From Flavobacteriales bacterium (lineage in GTDB: Bacteria > Bacteroidota > Bacteroidia > Flavobacteriales_F > PHOS-HE28): a stretch of 24,000 bases of DNA. Location: contig JAGQVV010000149.1 in assembly GCA_020437805.1 (NCBI GenBank), positions 10,915 to 34,914 on the forward strand. Direction: 5' to 3'. Each line of letters starts with the position of its first letter. The first letter of the stretch is position 1. Position numbers and translations under genes: made by a program. Shown piece by piece: positions 8,591 to 16,100 of this stretch. The notes under the pieces were generated by a model. That model made no database searches, was not told the DNA's origin, and saw only the letters and a list, made by a program, of their open reading frames with translations.

Positions 8591-9466
8591 ATGCTCCGAA
8601 GCCCATACCTCCTGCTCGCCCTACTTCCGTTCGTATCGCATGCACAGACCGATGCCTTGGTGCATATGGAGAAGGCGCGGTCCGCTTATGACACGAACGA
8701 CCTCGAGTTGGCCACTGCACAGGTCGACTCGGCGTTGAGCGCGGACCGCGAAGTGCCCGGCGGATACAAGCTTCGCGGTGACATCAAGCAACGGCAAGGC
8801 GACCTGCACGGCGCCATGGTGGATTACGTGAAGGCCGAGAAACAGGACCCTACTGACGCCCGGCTCTTTGTTAGCCGCTCGGCGATCAACATCACGCAAG
8901 GCCGGATCAAGGAGGCGATGCGCGATGTCGACAAGGCCATCGACCTTGACAAGACCGACCCCGACGCATGGTACAACCGCGCCTGTGCCAACTACCTTGG
9001 CCAGAACAACGATGGGGCTTTGCGCGATCTTGAGCGATGCTTGGACCTGCGCCCCGGGAATGCCGATGCACTGTTCCTGCGCGGGGTGGTGAAAGGCGAA
9101 CTGTACAAGGAAGAGTCCGGCATCGCGGACATCGAAGCGGCGATCGCCTTGAAACCCGGGATCGTAGGAAGCCGAATGAGCTTGGCCGTGCTGCTCTTCG
9201 AAAACAAGCAGTACGAAGATGCCATCGATCAGTTCGGCTTGGTGATAGCGGCGAAGGATGCGGACCTGAAGGACGCGCACTACTACCGCGCGGACTGCTA
9301 CTATGCCATGGACAACAAGGAAATGGCATGCGCCGACTGGCGTATCGCCGCGGAAATGGGCGATGGCGATGCCAAGTTCATCACACGGAACTATTGCAAC
9401 ACCGACGAGGAAAAGATCCCGAAGAAACCGGTGCGGGGCCGTCGCCGAACAGTGATCGAGTTCTGA
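8591..9466 (+). CDS. Secreted TPR-repeat protein
   Basis: Signal peptide MLRSPYLLLALLPFVSHAQ at the internal ATG 8591. Repeated 34-aa TPR patterns follow (AWYNRACANYLGQNNDGALRDLERCLDLRPGNADALFLRG and others). Confidence 0.75.
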   Translation: MLRSPYLLLALLPFVSHAQTDALVHMEKARSAYDTNDLELATAQVDSALSADREVPGGYKLRGDIKQRQGDLHGAMVDYVKAEKQDPTDARLFVSRSAINITQGRIKEAMRDVDKAIDLDKTDPDAWYNRACANYLGQNNDGALRDLERCLDLRPGNADALFLRGVVKGELYKEESGIADIEAAIALKPGIVGSRMSLAVLLFENKQYEDAIDQFGLVIAAKDADLKDAHYYRADCYYAMDNKEMACADWRIAAEMGDGDAKFITRNYCNTDEEKIPKKPVRGRRRTVIEF

Positions 9467-9474
9467 TCATCCAA

Positions 9475-9523
9475 GGAACGGCGCGGCTTCACCCTTCCAC
9501 TGCGGTTATCTTGGCGCCGTTTT
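9475..9523 (+). promoter_or_regulatory. Stem-loop between the TPR gene and gldF (terminator or start-region structure)
   Basis: AACGGCGC (9477-9484) is the exact reverse complement of GCGCCGTT (9514-9521). The stem is extendable by two G.U pairs and is followed by a T-run. The loop is 29 nt, and the structure ends 5 nt before the gldF ATG. Confidence 0.25.
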
Positions 9524-9527
9524 CCGC

Positions 9528-10253
9528 ATGCGAGTTCTCATTCTAAAGGAGGTCCGGGGGTTTCTCGGGTCGTTGATCGGGCAGGTCGTGGTGGTGGTAT
9601 TCCTCCTCCTTACCGGCCTGTTCCTGTGGGTGTTCCCCAACAATATCCTGGACACTGGATATGCTGACCTGGCCCCCTTGTTCTTCATTGCCCCATGGGT
9701 CTTCCTCTTCCTGGTTCCAGCGGTCACCATGCGAAGTTTCAGCGAAGAGCGACGCACGGGGACCATTGAGATGCTACTCACCAAACCGATCACCGAGTTG
9801 CAATTGGTGCTCGCCAAGTACTTGGCGGCAGTGGTCCTGATCGTCTTCGCTCTGGTGCCCACTTTGGTGTATTGGTGCAGCCTCCATGAATTGGCGGTCC
9901 CACAGGGCAACCTTGATACGGGCGGGATCATGGGTTCGTACATCGGTCTCTTGTCCTTGGCATCCTGTTTCGCAGCGATAGGCGTATTCGCTTCGTCCAT
10001 CACCGAGAACCAAGTGGTGGCGTTCATGGTGGCGGTGTTCCTGTGCTTCTTTCTTTATCTCGGCTTCGAACTGATCGCCAGTTTTGATGCCTTCGGTGCC
10101 ATGGAAGCACCGATCAAGGCCATAGGGATCCAGGAGCATTACGCCAGCCTCAGTCGTGGTGTCATGGACCTGCGCGATGTGCTGTATTTCCTCGGTACCA
10201 TTACCGTTTTCCTTCTGCTCACGCGCACTGCGCTGCAAAGTCGACGTTGGTAG
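9528..10253 (+). CDS. gldF: Gliding-motility-associated ABC transporter permease GldF
   Basis: 241 aa with six hydrophobic segments. The sequence LKEVRGFLGSLIGQVV...VTMRSFSEERRTGTIEMLLTKPIT is typical of GldF/ABC-2 permeases, and gldG follows immediately. Confidence 0.85.
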   Translation: MRVLILKEVRGFLGSLIGQVVVVVFLLLTGLFLWVFPNNILDTGYADLAPLFFIAPWVFLFLVPAVTMRSFSEERRTGTIEMLLTKPITELQLVLAKYLAAVVLIVFALVPTLVYWCSLHELAVPQGNLDTGGIMGSYIGLLSLASCFAAIGVFASSITENQVVAFMVAVFLCFFLYLGFELIASFDAFGAMEAPIKAIGIQEHYASLSRGVMDLRDVLYFLGTITVFLLLTRTALQSRRW

Positions 10254-11984
10254 ATGAGGCGAAGCCCACGTAACGCCGACCTTCTGGAACTACTTATGGG
10301 GCTTGCCATAGTCGGCCTGGTCCTGTTCATCGGCTCCTTCTTGCGCCTTCGCGCGGACCTGACCAACGAAAAGCGGTACACGCTCACGCCTGCCACACGT
10401 TCCATGTTGACGGAACTTGACGATGTCGTCTACGTGAAGGTCTATCTCGAAGGCGAACTACCGGCGGACCTCGAGCGATTCTCACGCGCTACGAAGGACC
10501 TCCTGGACGAAATGCGCGTACACCAGCCGGAGAACCTGCAGTACACCTTCATCGACCCCAGCGCGAGCGAGGACGAGAACACCCGCAAGGAGGTCTACGA
10601 TCAGCTGCAGCAGCAGGGGCTCTCCTATAGCAGTATCCGACTGCGGGACAAGGGCGAAACTTCGGAACGGATCGTATTCCCAGGAGCGTTGGTCACGTAC
10701 CGGGACAAGACCGTCCCCGTGCAACTGCTCAAGACCCAGCTTCGCACACCGGATGCGGATATCGTGAACCGCTCCATCAACAATCTCGAATACGAGCTCG
10801 CGAGCGCATTCCGGCAAGCAACGACCAGCGAGAAGGCCCGTATCGCATTCCTCGAAGGCCATGGTGAACTGGGTGAGATGGAGGTGATGGATGTGACCAA
10901 CGCCCTGAGTGAGACCTATGACGTTTCCAGGGTCCGTATCGACGAGCGGATCGATGCCCTGAGCCATACGGTCGAGGGCATGAGCTACCGCGTCAACGAT
11001 TTCGATGCCCTGGTCATTGCGAAGCCGGACAGCCTGTTCCCGGACAGGGATCGCTACGTGATCGACCAGTTCATCATGAACGGTGGCCGGGTGATGTGGT
11101 TGTTGGATGTGATGAACGCCAACTTGGACAGCCTGCGTAAGAACCAATTCTCCATCGCGGTGCCGAACGACCTGGGTTTGGATGAACTGCTTTTCGCGTA
11201 TGGAGCACGGATCAACAAGGACCTGGTGCTCGATCGTAGTTGTGCCCCGATCGAATTGTATACACAACCCTACGGGAATCAGCGGAAATTGGAACGCTTC
11301 CCGTGGTACTGGGAACCGGTACTGATCCCTGAGAGCACCCACCCCATCGTCAGCAACATCGACCCTGTGCACATCCGCTTCGGCAGCACGCTGGACACCA
11401 TCGCCGTGGATAGCGTGCGAAAGACCATCCTGCTGACGAGCTCGCCGTATTCCCTCGCCCAACGGAACCCGGTGCGCATCAGCCTCAACGTGGTGGAAAT
11501 GACACCGGCCTTCGAGCGACAGAGCACCCCGTACCTTCCCATGGGGGTACTGTTGGAGGGGACCTTCACCTCGGCTTTCATGGACCGCTTGCCGCCGAAC
11601 TTCACCGCGGACCCGACCGTGGCCTATCGTGAACATGGAAAGCGAAGCGCCCAGATCGTGATCGGGGATGGGGACGTGATCGCCAATCGCGTGGACCGCT
11701 CAAAGGGGATGTACTTCACCTTGGGCTTCGACCGTTACGCCAATGCCAAGATCTATGGGAACCGGGAATTGATCATCAATGCGATGAACTACCTCCTTGA
11801 CGACAAGGGTCTGATCAGCATCCGGTCCAGGGCGATCACGCTTCGGCAGTTGGATCCGCAACGCATCGTGGAGGATCGCGTGTGGTGGCAGACCGTGAAC
11901 ACCGTGGCCCCTGTGGTGATCGTGCTTCTCTTCGGGCTCTTTTACCAACTCCTTCGTAAGCGTAACGCGAACCGGAAGCGATGA
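10254..11984 (+). CDS. gldG: Gliding-motility-associated ABC transporter substrate-binding/auxiliary protein GldG
   Basis: 576 aa with N- and C-terminal TM anchors and a large extracytoplasmic domain (RYTLTPATRSMLTELDDVVYVKVYLEGELP; IAFLEGHGE). The ATG directly abuts the gldF stop. Confidence 0.85.
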   Translation: MRRSPRNADLLELLMGLAIVGLVLFIGSFLRLRADLTNEKRYTLTPATRSMLTELDDVVYVKVYLEGELPADLERFSRATKDLLDEMRVHQPENLQYTFIDPSASEDENTRKEVYDQLQQQGLSYSSIRLRDKGETSERIVFPGALVTYRDKTVPVQLLKTQLRTPDADIVNRSINNLEYELASAFRQATTSEKARIAFLEGHGELGEMEVMDVTNALSETYDVSRVRIDERIDALSHTVEGMSYRVNDFDALVIAKPDSLFPDRDRYVIDQFIMNGGRVMWLLDVMNANLDSLRKNQFSIAVPNDLGLDELLFAYGARINKDLVLDRSCAPIELYTQPYGNQRKLERFPWYWEPVLIPESTHPIVSNIDPVHIRFGSTLDTIAVDSVRKTILLTSSPYSLAQRNPVRISLNVVEMTPAFERQSTPYLPMGVLLEGTFTSAFMDRLPPNFTADPTVAYREHGKRSAQIVIGDGDVIANRVDRSKGMYFTLGFDRYANAKIYGNRELIINAMNYLLDDKGLISIRSRAITLRQLDPQRIVEDRVWWQTVNTVAPVVIVLLFGLFYQLLRKRNANRKR

Positions 11985-12994
11985 ATCGCAGACTCCTATT
12001 ATTCGTCCTCATCCTTGCGCTCGGTGGCATAGCGTGGTGGCTGAGCGATCGTTCCGAGCCCACCACACTCGATCGGCCATTGAGTGATTTCGCCATTGCC
12101 GATACAGCCAGTGTAACGCGCGTCTTCATCACAGACCCGCATGGTGCCACGGTGGACCTGAAGCGCACCGAAGATGGTTGGTCGCTGAACGAGGTCTTCA
12201 AGGCCAAACCATCCGATGTGAGCCTGTTGTTGAAGACCTTCAAACGGGTTCATGTGAAGAGCCCGGTACCGAAAGCCTCGGAAGCCATGACCCTGCGTGT
12301 CATGGGAGCATCCGCCAAGAAGGTGGAGATCTATCAGGGCGGTGATGTCCCGTCGAAGATCTGGATCGTGGGCCATGGTACCAAGGATCACTTCGGTACA
12401 TACATGCTCTTGGAAAAGCCGGGCGTGGGACGAAGCAGTGCACCCTTCATCATGGGCATGACCGGATTCACAGGTATCCTTGGCACACGTTTCCACACGA
12501 AGCTGGACGATTGGCGCAGCACCGAGCTTCTTGACCTGGCGGATATCCGACAGGTCGCCAAGGTGGAAATGGAGATCCCCTCCGCTCCTGCGAGCTCGTA
12601 TCGGATCGAACAATACCCCGACGGGCGTGTCACTTTGACCACCATCAATGGTCGCCCGTTCCCATTCGATACGGTGCTCGTGAAAGGCGCGATCCTGCCG
12701 TTGAAGAAGATCAATTTCGAAGCCATAGAGCGCAGTTCGGGTCGGACCGGTCGGGACTCCATCCTGAGCAGTGCTCCGAACCACATCGTACGGGTCACAC
12801 AGCGCAACGGACATGTCGATTCGATGAAATTCTGGTACATGCCCTATACGGGTGAGGAACCGCCGTTCGGCAGTCCACGCCCCTTGTACGACGACCTCCG
12901 CATGCATGCCTTGGTACAGGACACCCTGCTCGTGGTGATGCAACGCCCGGCTTGGGCTCGGATACTGCAGCCGATAAGCGGCTTCAGGCCCTAG
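11981..12994 (+). CDS. DUF4340-like membrane-anchored protein (GldG-associated)
   Basis: ATGA overlap with the gldG stop. It has an N-terminal anchor MNRRLLLFVLILALGGIAWW followed by a beta-rich domain. The position after gldG is typical of DUF4340 genes. Confidence 0.55.
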   Translation: MNRRLLLFVLILALGGIAWWLSDRSEPTTLDRPLSDFAIADTASVTRVFITDPHGATVDLKRTEDGWSLNEVFKAKPSDVSLLLKTFKRVHVKSPVPKASEAMTLRVMGASAKKVEIYQGGDVPSKIWIVGHGTKDHFGTYMLLEKPGVGRSSAPFIMGMTGFTGILGTRFHTKLDDWRSTELLDLADIRQVAKVEMEIPSAPASSYRIEQYPDGRVTLTTINGRPFPFDTVLVKGAILPLKKINFEAIERSSGRTGRDSILSSAPNHIVRVTQRNGHVDSMKFWYMPYTGEEPPFGSPRPLYDDLRMHALVQDTLLVVMQRPAWARILQPISGFRP

Positions 12995-13057
12995 CTCTTT
13001 GTGGAAAACAGGCCTCTCGTGTTGATAACTGATGCCCGGCCCCGAATGGTGCCCGGC

Positions 13058-13065
13058 TAACTTTG
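13058..13065 (+). promoter_or_regulatory. Bacteroidota-type -7 promoter box (TAACTTTG) upstream of dnaN
   Basis: This is an exact TAnnTTTG match, 31 nt upstream of the dnaN ATG at 13096. Confidence 0.35.
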
Positions 13066-13095
13066 CCCGACTTCAAAAACAGACCGTTTATTCCG

Positions 13096-14217
13096 ATGAA
13101 ATTCATCGTTTCCAGTAACGCACTGCTCAAGCAGCTGCAGCTTCTCCAAGGTGTGCTCGCCAACAGCAACACCCTGCCCATCCTGGACAACTTCCTATTC
13201 GATATCGATGGCAAGCAGCTCACGGTCACCGCGAGCGACCTCGAGACCACCATCACCGCCACCTTGGCCGTTGAGGCCAAGGACAAGGGCAGTGTGGCGA
13301 TACCAGCGCGTTTGTTGCTTGATACGCTGAAGGCATTCCCTGAGCAACCGCTCACTTTCAGCGTGGATGGTAAGCATTTCGGAGTTGAGATCAACAGCGA
13401 CCAGGGTAAGTACAAGATGACCGGTTTCAACGGGGCGGAATTCCCACGCAGCCCTGTGCTGGAGGATGCCACCAAGTTGAAACTCCCAGCTGGCACGCTC
13501 GCCACCGCCATCAACAAGACCATCTTCGCCACCGGCAACGATGACCTGCGACCTGTCATGAGCGGAATCTTCTTCGAACTGACCACTGAGGACGTCCGTT
13601 TCGTGGCCACCGATGCGCACAAATTGGTGCGTTACAAGAGGACCGACATCCAAGCACCGAAAGCCGCTACTTTCATAGTACCCAAGAAACCGTTGAACCT
13701 GCTGAAGAACACCTTGGCCAGCACGAACGCCGAGGTCACCATCGAGTTCAACGAGAACAATGCGGCCTTCCGTTTCGATAACACCTTGTTGGTCTGTCGT
13801 TTGATCGACGGGAAGTACCCGAATTACGAGGCGGTGATCCCGAAGACCAACCCGAACAAGCTCACGATCGACCGCCAGACCTTCCTGAGCTCGATCCGAC
13901 GCGTAGCGATCTTCGCGAACAAGACCACCCATCAAGTGCGTCTGCACATCAACGGCAGTCAACTGACGGTCAGCGCCGAGGACTTGGACTACGCCAACGA
14001 GGCGAACGAGAAGCTGACGTGTGCATACGAAGGGGACGAGATCACCATCGGATTCAATTCGCGATTCCTCATGGACATGCTCAACAACATCGGTACGGAA
14101 CACGTGCTGTTGGAGATGAGTGCACCGAACCGTGCCGGCATCCTGCTGCCCGGCGAGGCCGGCGAGGTCGGTGAGGATGTGCTGATGCTGGTGATGCCGG
14201 TGATGCTGAACAACTGA
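13096..14217 (+). CDS. dnaN: DNA polymerase III beta subunit (sliding clamp)
   Basis: 373 aa with MKFIVSSNALLKQLQ..., LRPVMSGIFFE, ATDAHKLV, DGKYPNYEAVIP and C-terminal LVMPVML, giving the canonical three-domain clamp. The ATG at 13096 is preferred over the track TTG at 13063. Confidence 0.95.
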   Translation: MKFIVSSNALLKQLQLLQGVLANSNTLPILDNFLFDIDGKQLTVTASDLETTITATLAVEAKDKGSVAIPARLLLDTLKAFPEQPLTFSVDGKHFGVEINSDQGKYKMTGFNGAEFPRSPVLEDATKLKLPAGTLATAINKTIFATGNDDLRPVMSGIFFELTTEDVRFVATDAHKLVRYKRTDIQAPKAATFIVPKKPLNLLKNTLASTNAEVTIEFNENNAAFRFDNTLLVCRLIDGKYPNYEAVIPKTNPNKLTIDRQTFLSSIRRVAIFANKTTHQVRLHINGSQLTVSAEDLDYANEANEKLTCAYEGDEITIGFNSRFLMDMLNNIGTEHVLLEMSAPNRAGILLPGEAGEVGEDVLMLVMPVMLNN

Positions 14218-14218
14218 C

Positions 14219-14246
14219 CCGGACCCGGCACGGGGCAGGGTTCCGG
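14219..14246 (+). terminator. GC-rich hairpin just after the dnaN stop (weak terminator candidate)
   Basis: CCGGACCC (14219-14226) pairs with GGGTTCCGG (14238-14246) with one bulge. No downstream T-run is present, so it may only be an mRNA-stabilising structure. Confidence 0.2.
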
Positions 14247-14260
14247 AAATAACACTGACC

Positions 14261-14716
14261 ATGAAACTGTTCGTTATCGCGGTGCTGGCCTTCGTGACCC
14301 TGAGCGCTCACACCTGCAACAGGAAAACGTTGGAAGCTGCCGGAGGCGATGAGGCCGCCACGGGAATGTCGAATATCACTTCCTTGGTCGGGAGCAAGTG
14401 GCTGCTGCGTTCTCTGGGCGGCAACGCGATCACAATGCCCGAGGGATCCGACACGCCATGGGTGCGGTTGGACCAGGAAGGCTCCAAGCTCGAAGGGTTC
14501 AGTGGCTGCAACTCCCTGTTCGGTGGTTTCGAATTGGATGGGGACAAGATCCAGTTTCCGAACATAGGCGGGACGAAAAAGTACTGCCAAGAGGTGCAGA
14601 GCACGGAAACAGCGTTCTTGAGCGCCCTTCGATCCACGGATGGGTTCAAGATGGATGGTAATGCCTTGAAGCTTCTATCCGGAGATCGGGAAGTAGCTGC
14701 GCTGGAGCAGGAATGA
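14261..14716 (+). CDS. META-domain (HslJ-like) secreted protein or lipoprotein
   Basis: Signal sequence MKLFVIAVLAFVTLSAHTC. The META pattern is present: KWLLRSLGG...GFSGCNSLFGGFELDGDKIQF...TKKYC...E..FLSAL....FKMDGNALKL. Confidence 0.8.
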   Translation: MKLFVIAVLAFVTLSAHTCNRKTLEAAGGDEAATGMSNITSLVGSKWLLRSLGGNAITMPEGSDTPWVRLDQEGSKLEGFSGCNSLFGGFELDGDKIQFPNIGGTKKYCQEVQSTETAFLSALRSTDGFKMDGNALKLLSGDREVAALEQE

Positions 14717-14722
14717 TCCGAA

Positions 14723-14741
14723 GGAACTCGAACGAAGTTCC
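14723..14741. terminator. Hairpin in the 26-nt gap between convergent genes (possible bidirectional terminator)
   Basis: GGAACT (14723-14728) and AGTTCC (14736-14741) are exact inverted repeats. They sit between the TGA at 14714-14716 (+) and the minus-strand stop at 14743-14745. Confidence 0.3.
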
Positions 14742-14742
14742 G

Positions 14743-15510
14743 TCATGCCTCCGGTGTGCAGGGCTCTGACCTTTCGGATCCTTGTATGTTCCACGTATCC
14801 GTCGAACTCCAAGCGGCCGGACCCTGAGCATTCGGCATCGCCGCCCCATCGTTGCCCAAGTCCTCATCTTCGTCATCCTCATCCTCATCCCACTCGATCG
14901 GTAGTGGGTCCTTCACCGCGGAGGGTACGTCCCGGTACATCACGGCCATGACCACACCACTTGCCGCACCCCAAAAATGGCTTTCCCAACTGATCCGAGG
15001 GAGGATCGGGAATACGCCCCAGAGAAAGCTGCCATAGAGAAAGACGACAAGCAAGGACAAGCCCATCAAGGTGCGTTGCTTGCGGAGCAGCCCACTGGTG
15101 AACAGGAAAGCCGCGAGACCATATACCACGCCACTCGCCCCGATATGGTAATTGCCCCTGGCCGTCAACCACACGCAGAAGCCCGCTACCAGCCAGGATA
15201 CCAATATGACCCGCCCGGCAAGCCGTGGAAAGAAATACAACAGGGCCGTACCGAGCACCAACAACGGGATCGAGTTATTGATCAAGTGCTCAATGTCCCC
15301 GTGAAGGAATGGAGACGTGAACACCCCCCGAATGCCTATCGCTTCCCGCGGCAACAGACCGTAGCGGAACAGATCAAGCTCATAGGATAGATCCAACAGG
15401 AACACGCTCCACAGAATAAGCACCAGGAATGCGGGAGGGATCAGGGCATACAGCATCCGGCGCTCCTCCCTGAGTGGTCCAGAGGCTATCCCGGTGTCGA
15501 GTTCATCCAT
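14743..15510 (-). CDS. Rhomboid-family intramembrane serine protease
   Basis: 255 aa. It has FLHGDIEHLINN, the catalytic-Ser motif HIGASGVVYGL and the catalytic-His region SHFWGAASG. Multiple TM helices are followed by an acidic C-terminal tail. Confidence 0.85.
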   Translation of the reverse strand: MDELDTGIASGPLREERRMLYALIPPAFLVLILWSVFLLDLSYELDLFRYGLLPREAIGIRGVFTSPFLHGDIEHLINNSIPLLVLGTALLYFFPRLAGRVILVSWLVAGFCVWLTARGNYHIGASGVVYGLAAFLFTSGLLRKQRTLMGLSLLVVFLYGSFLWGVFPILPRISWESHFWGAASGVVMAVMYRDVPSAVKDPLPIEWDEDEDDEDEDLGNDGAAMPNAQGPAAWSSTDTWNIQGSERSEPCTPEA

Positions 15511-15556
15511 TTCCTAGGACCACCAAAGATCGGACCTGCAAACGGTCACGGCCAAT

Positions 15557-16030
15557 GTGTCAGGTCTCCTGTACCTTGCGCTCATGCTCAGGTCGCATAT
15601 ATTCATACTTGCCGCGCTGATCGGCTCGGTGGTGCTATTGGGGAGTTGGTCCACACGGGTGAAACCCGACACCTCCAATCCGCCGACCCAGGAACTCACA
15701 CCTCCGAGCGAGCTGGCCTTGCTGATGCGTTCAATGGCCGCCCATGCGGATAGTGTCAAAGCCCGCGTCACCAGCGGGGCGGCGCTTCCCCCAAGACCTA
15801 AGGAGTTCAAGCGCTTGCTCAAGGCGGAACCCACCAAAGGAATGCACATCGACCCGATCACCTTTCCCACTTTTGGAAAGGACTACTTGAGCAAGTTGGA
15901 CAAGCTGTACCAGGTCCCGAAGGCGGAACGCACCCAAGCGTACAATGCCTTGGTCCAGAGCTGTGCCAACTGCCATGGCACCCACTGTCCGGGGCCCTTG
16001 ATGCGGATCAAGAACATGTATGCCCGTTGA
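15557..16030 (+). CDS. Small membrane-anchored protein with a C-terminal CxxCH haem-c-type motif
   Basis: N-terminal hydrophobic anchor (IFILAALIGSVVLLGSW). A single CANCH motif sits near the C-terminus (SCANCHGTHCPGP). The start is either GTG at 15557 or ATG at 15584. Confidence 0.5.
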   Translation: MSGLLYLALMLRSHIFILAALIGSVVLLGSWSTRVKPDTSNPPTQELTPPSELALLMRSMAAHADSVKARVTSGAALPPRPKEFKRLLKAEPTKGMHIDPITFPTFGKDYLSKLDKLYQVPKAERTQAYNALVQSCANCHGTHCPGPLMRIKNMYAR

Positions 16031-16100
16031 TCGGTCGGAGATCCCTTCGAGCATCGTTCCGTAGCTTCAGGACGTCCTGATATTCGAACGCACGCAAGTT

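Noticed and set aside
10482-11636. 384-aa ORF on the minus strand, fully antisense to gldG
   Set aside because: Its translation is Arg, Gly, His and Val rich with no recognisable motif, whereas the plus-strand frame gives a convincing GldG. This is a typical shadow ORF in GC-rich coding DNA.
11999-12943. 314-aa minus-strand ORF antisense to the DUF4340-like gene. Similar long antisense ORFs lie at 22118-23032 (+, opposite ligA), 5809-6555 (+, opposite purC/phoH), 7930-8592 (-) and 8621-9280 (-).
   Set aside because: Each lies entirely within a better-supported gene on the other strand and lacks motifs or sensible start-site context. They are attributed to stop-codon depletion in GC-rich sequence.
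12995-13095. A replication origin next to dnaN
   Set aside because: The gap is only about 100 nt, contains a single imperfect DnaA-box-like 9-mer, has no AT-rich unwinding element and is not adjacent to dnaA.
13195-14262. 355-aa minus-strand ORF antisense to dnaN
   Set aside because: dnaN on the plus strand is unambiguous. The antisense product is low-complexity (many G, R, V and L residues, as in ...GGGDGGLEVARGDRELL) with no domain features. It is a shadow ORF.
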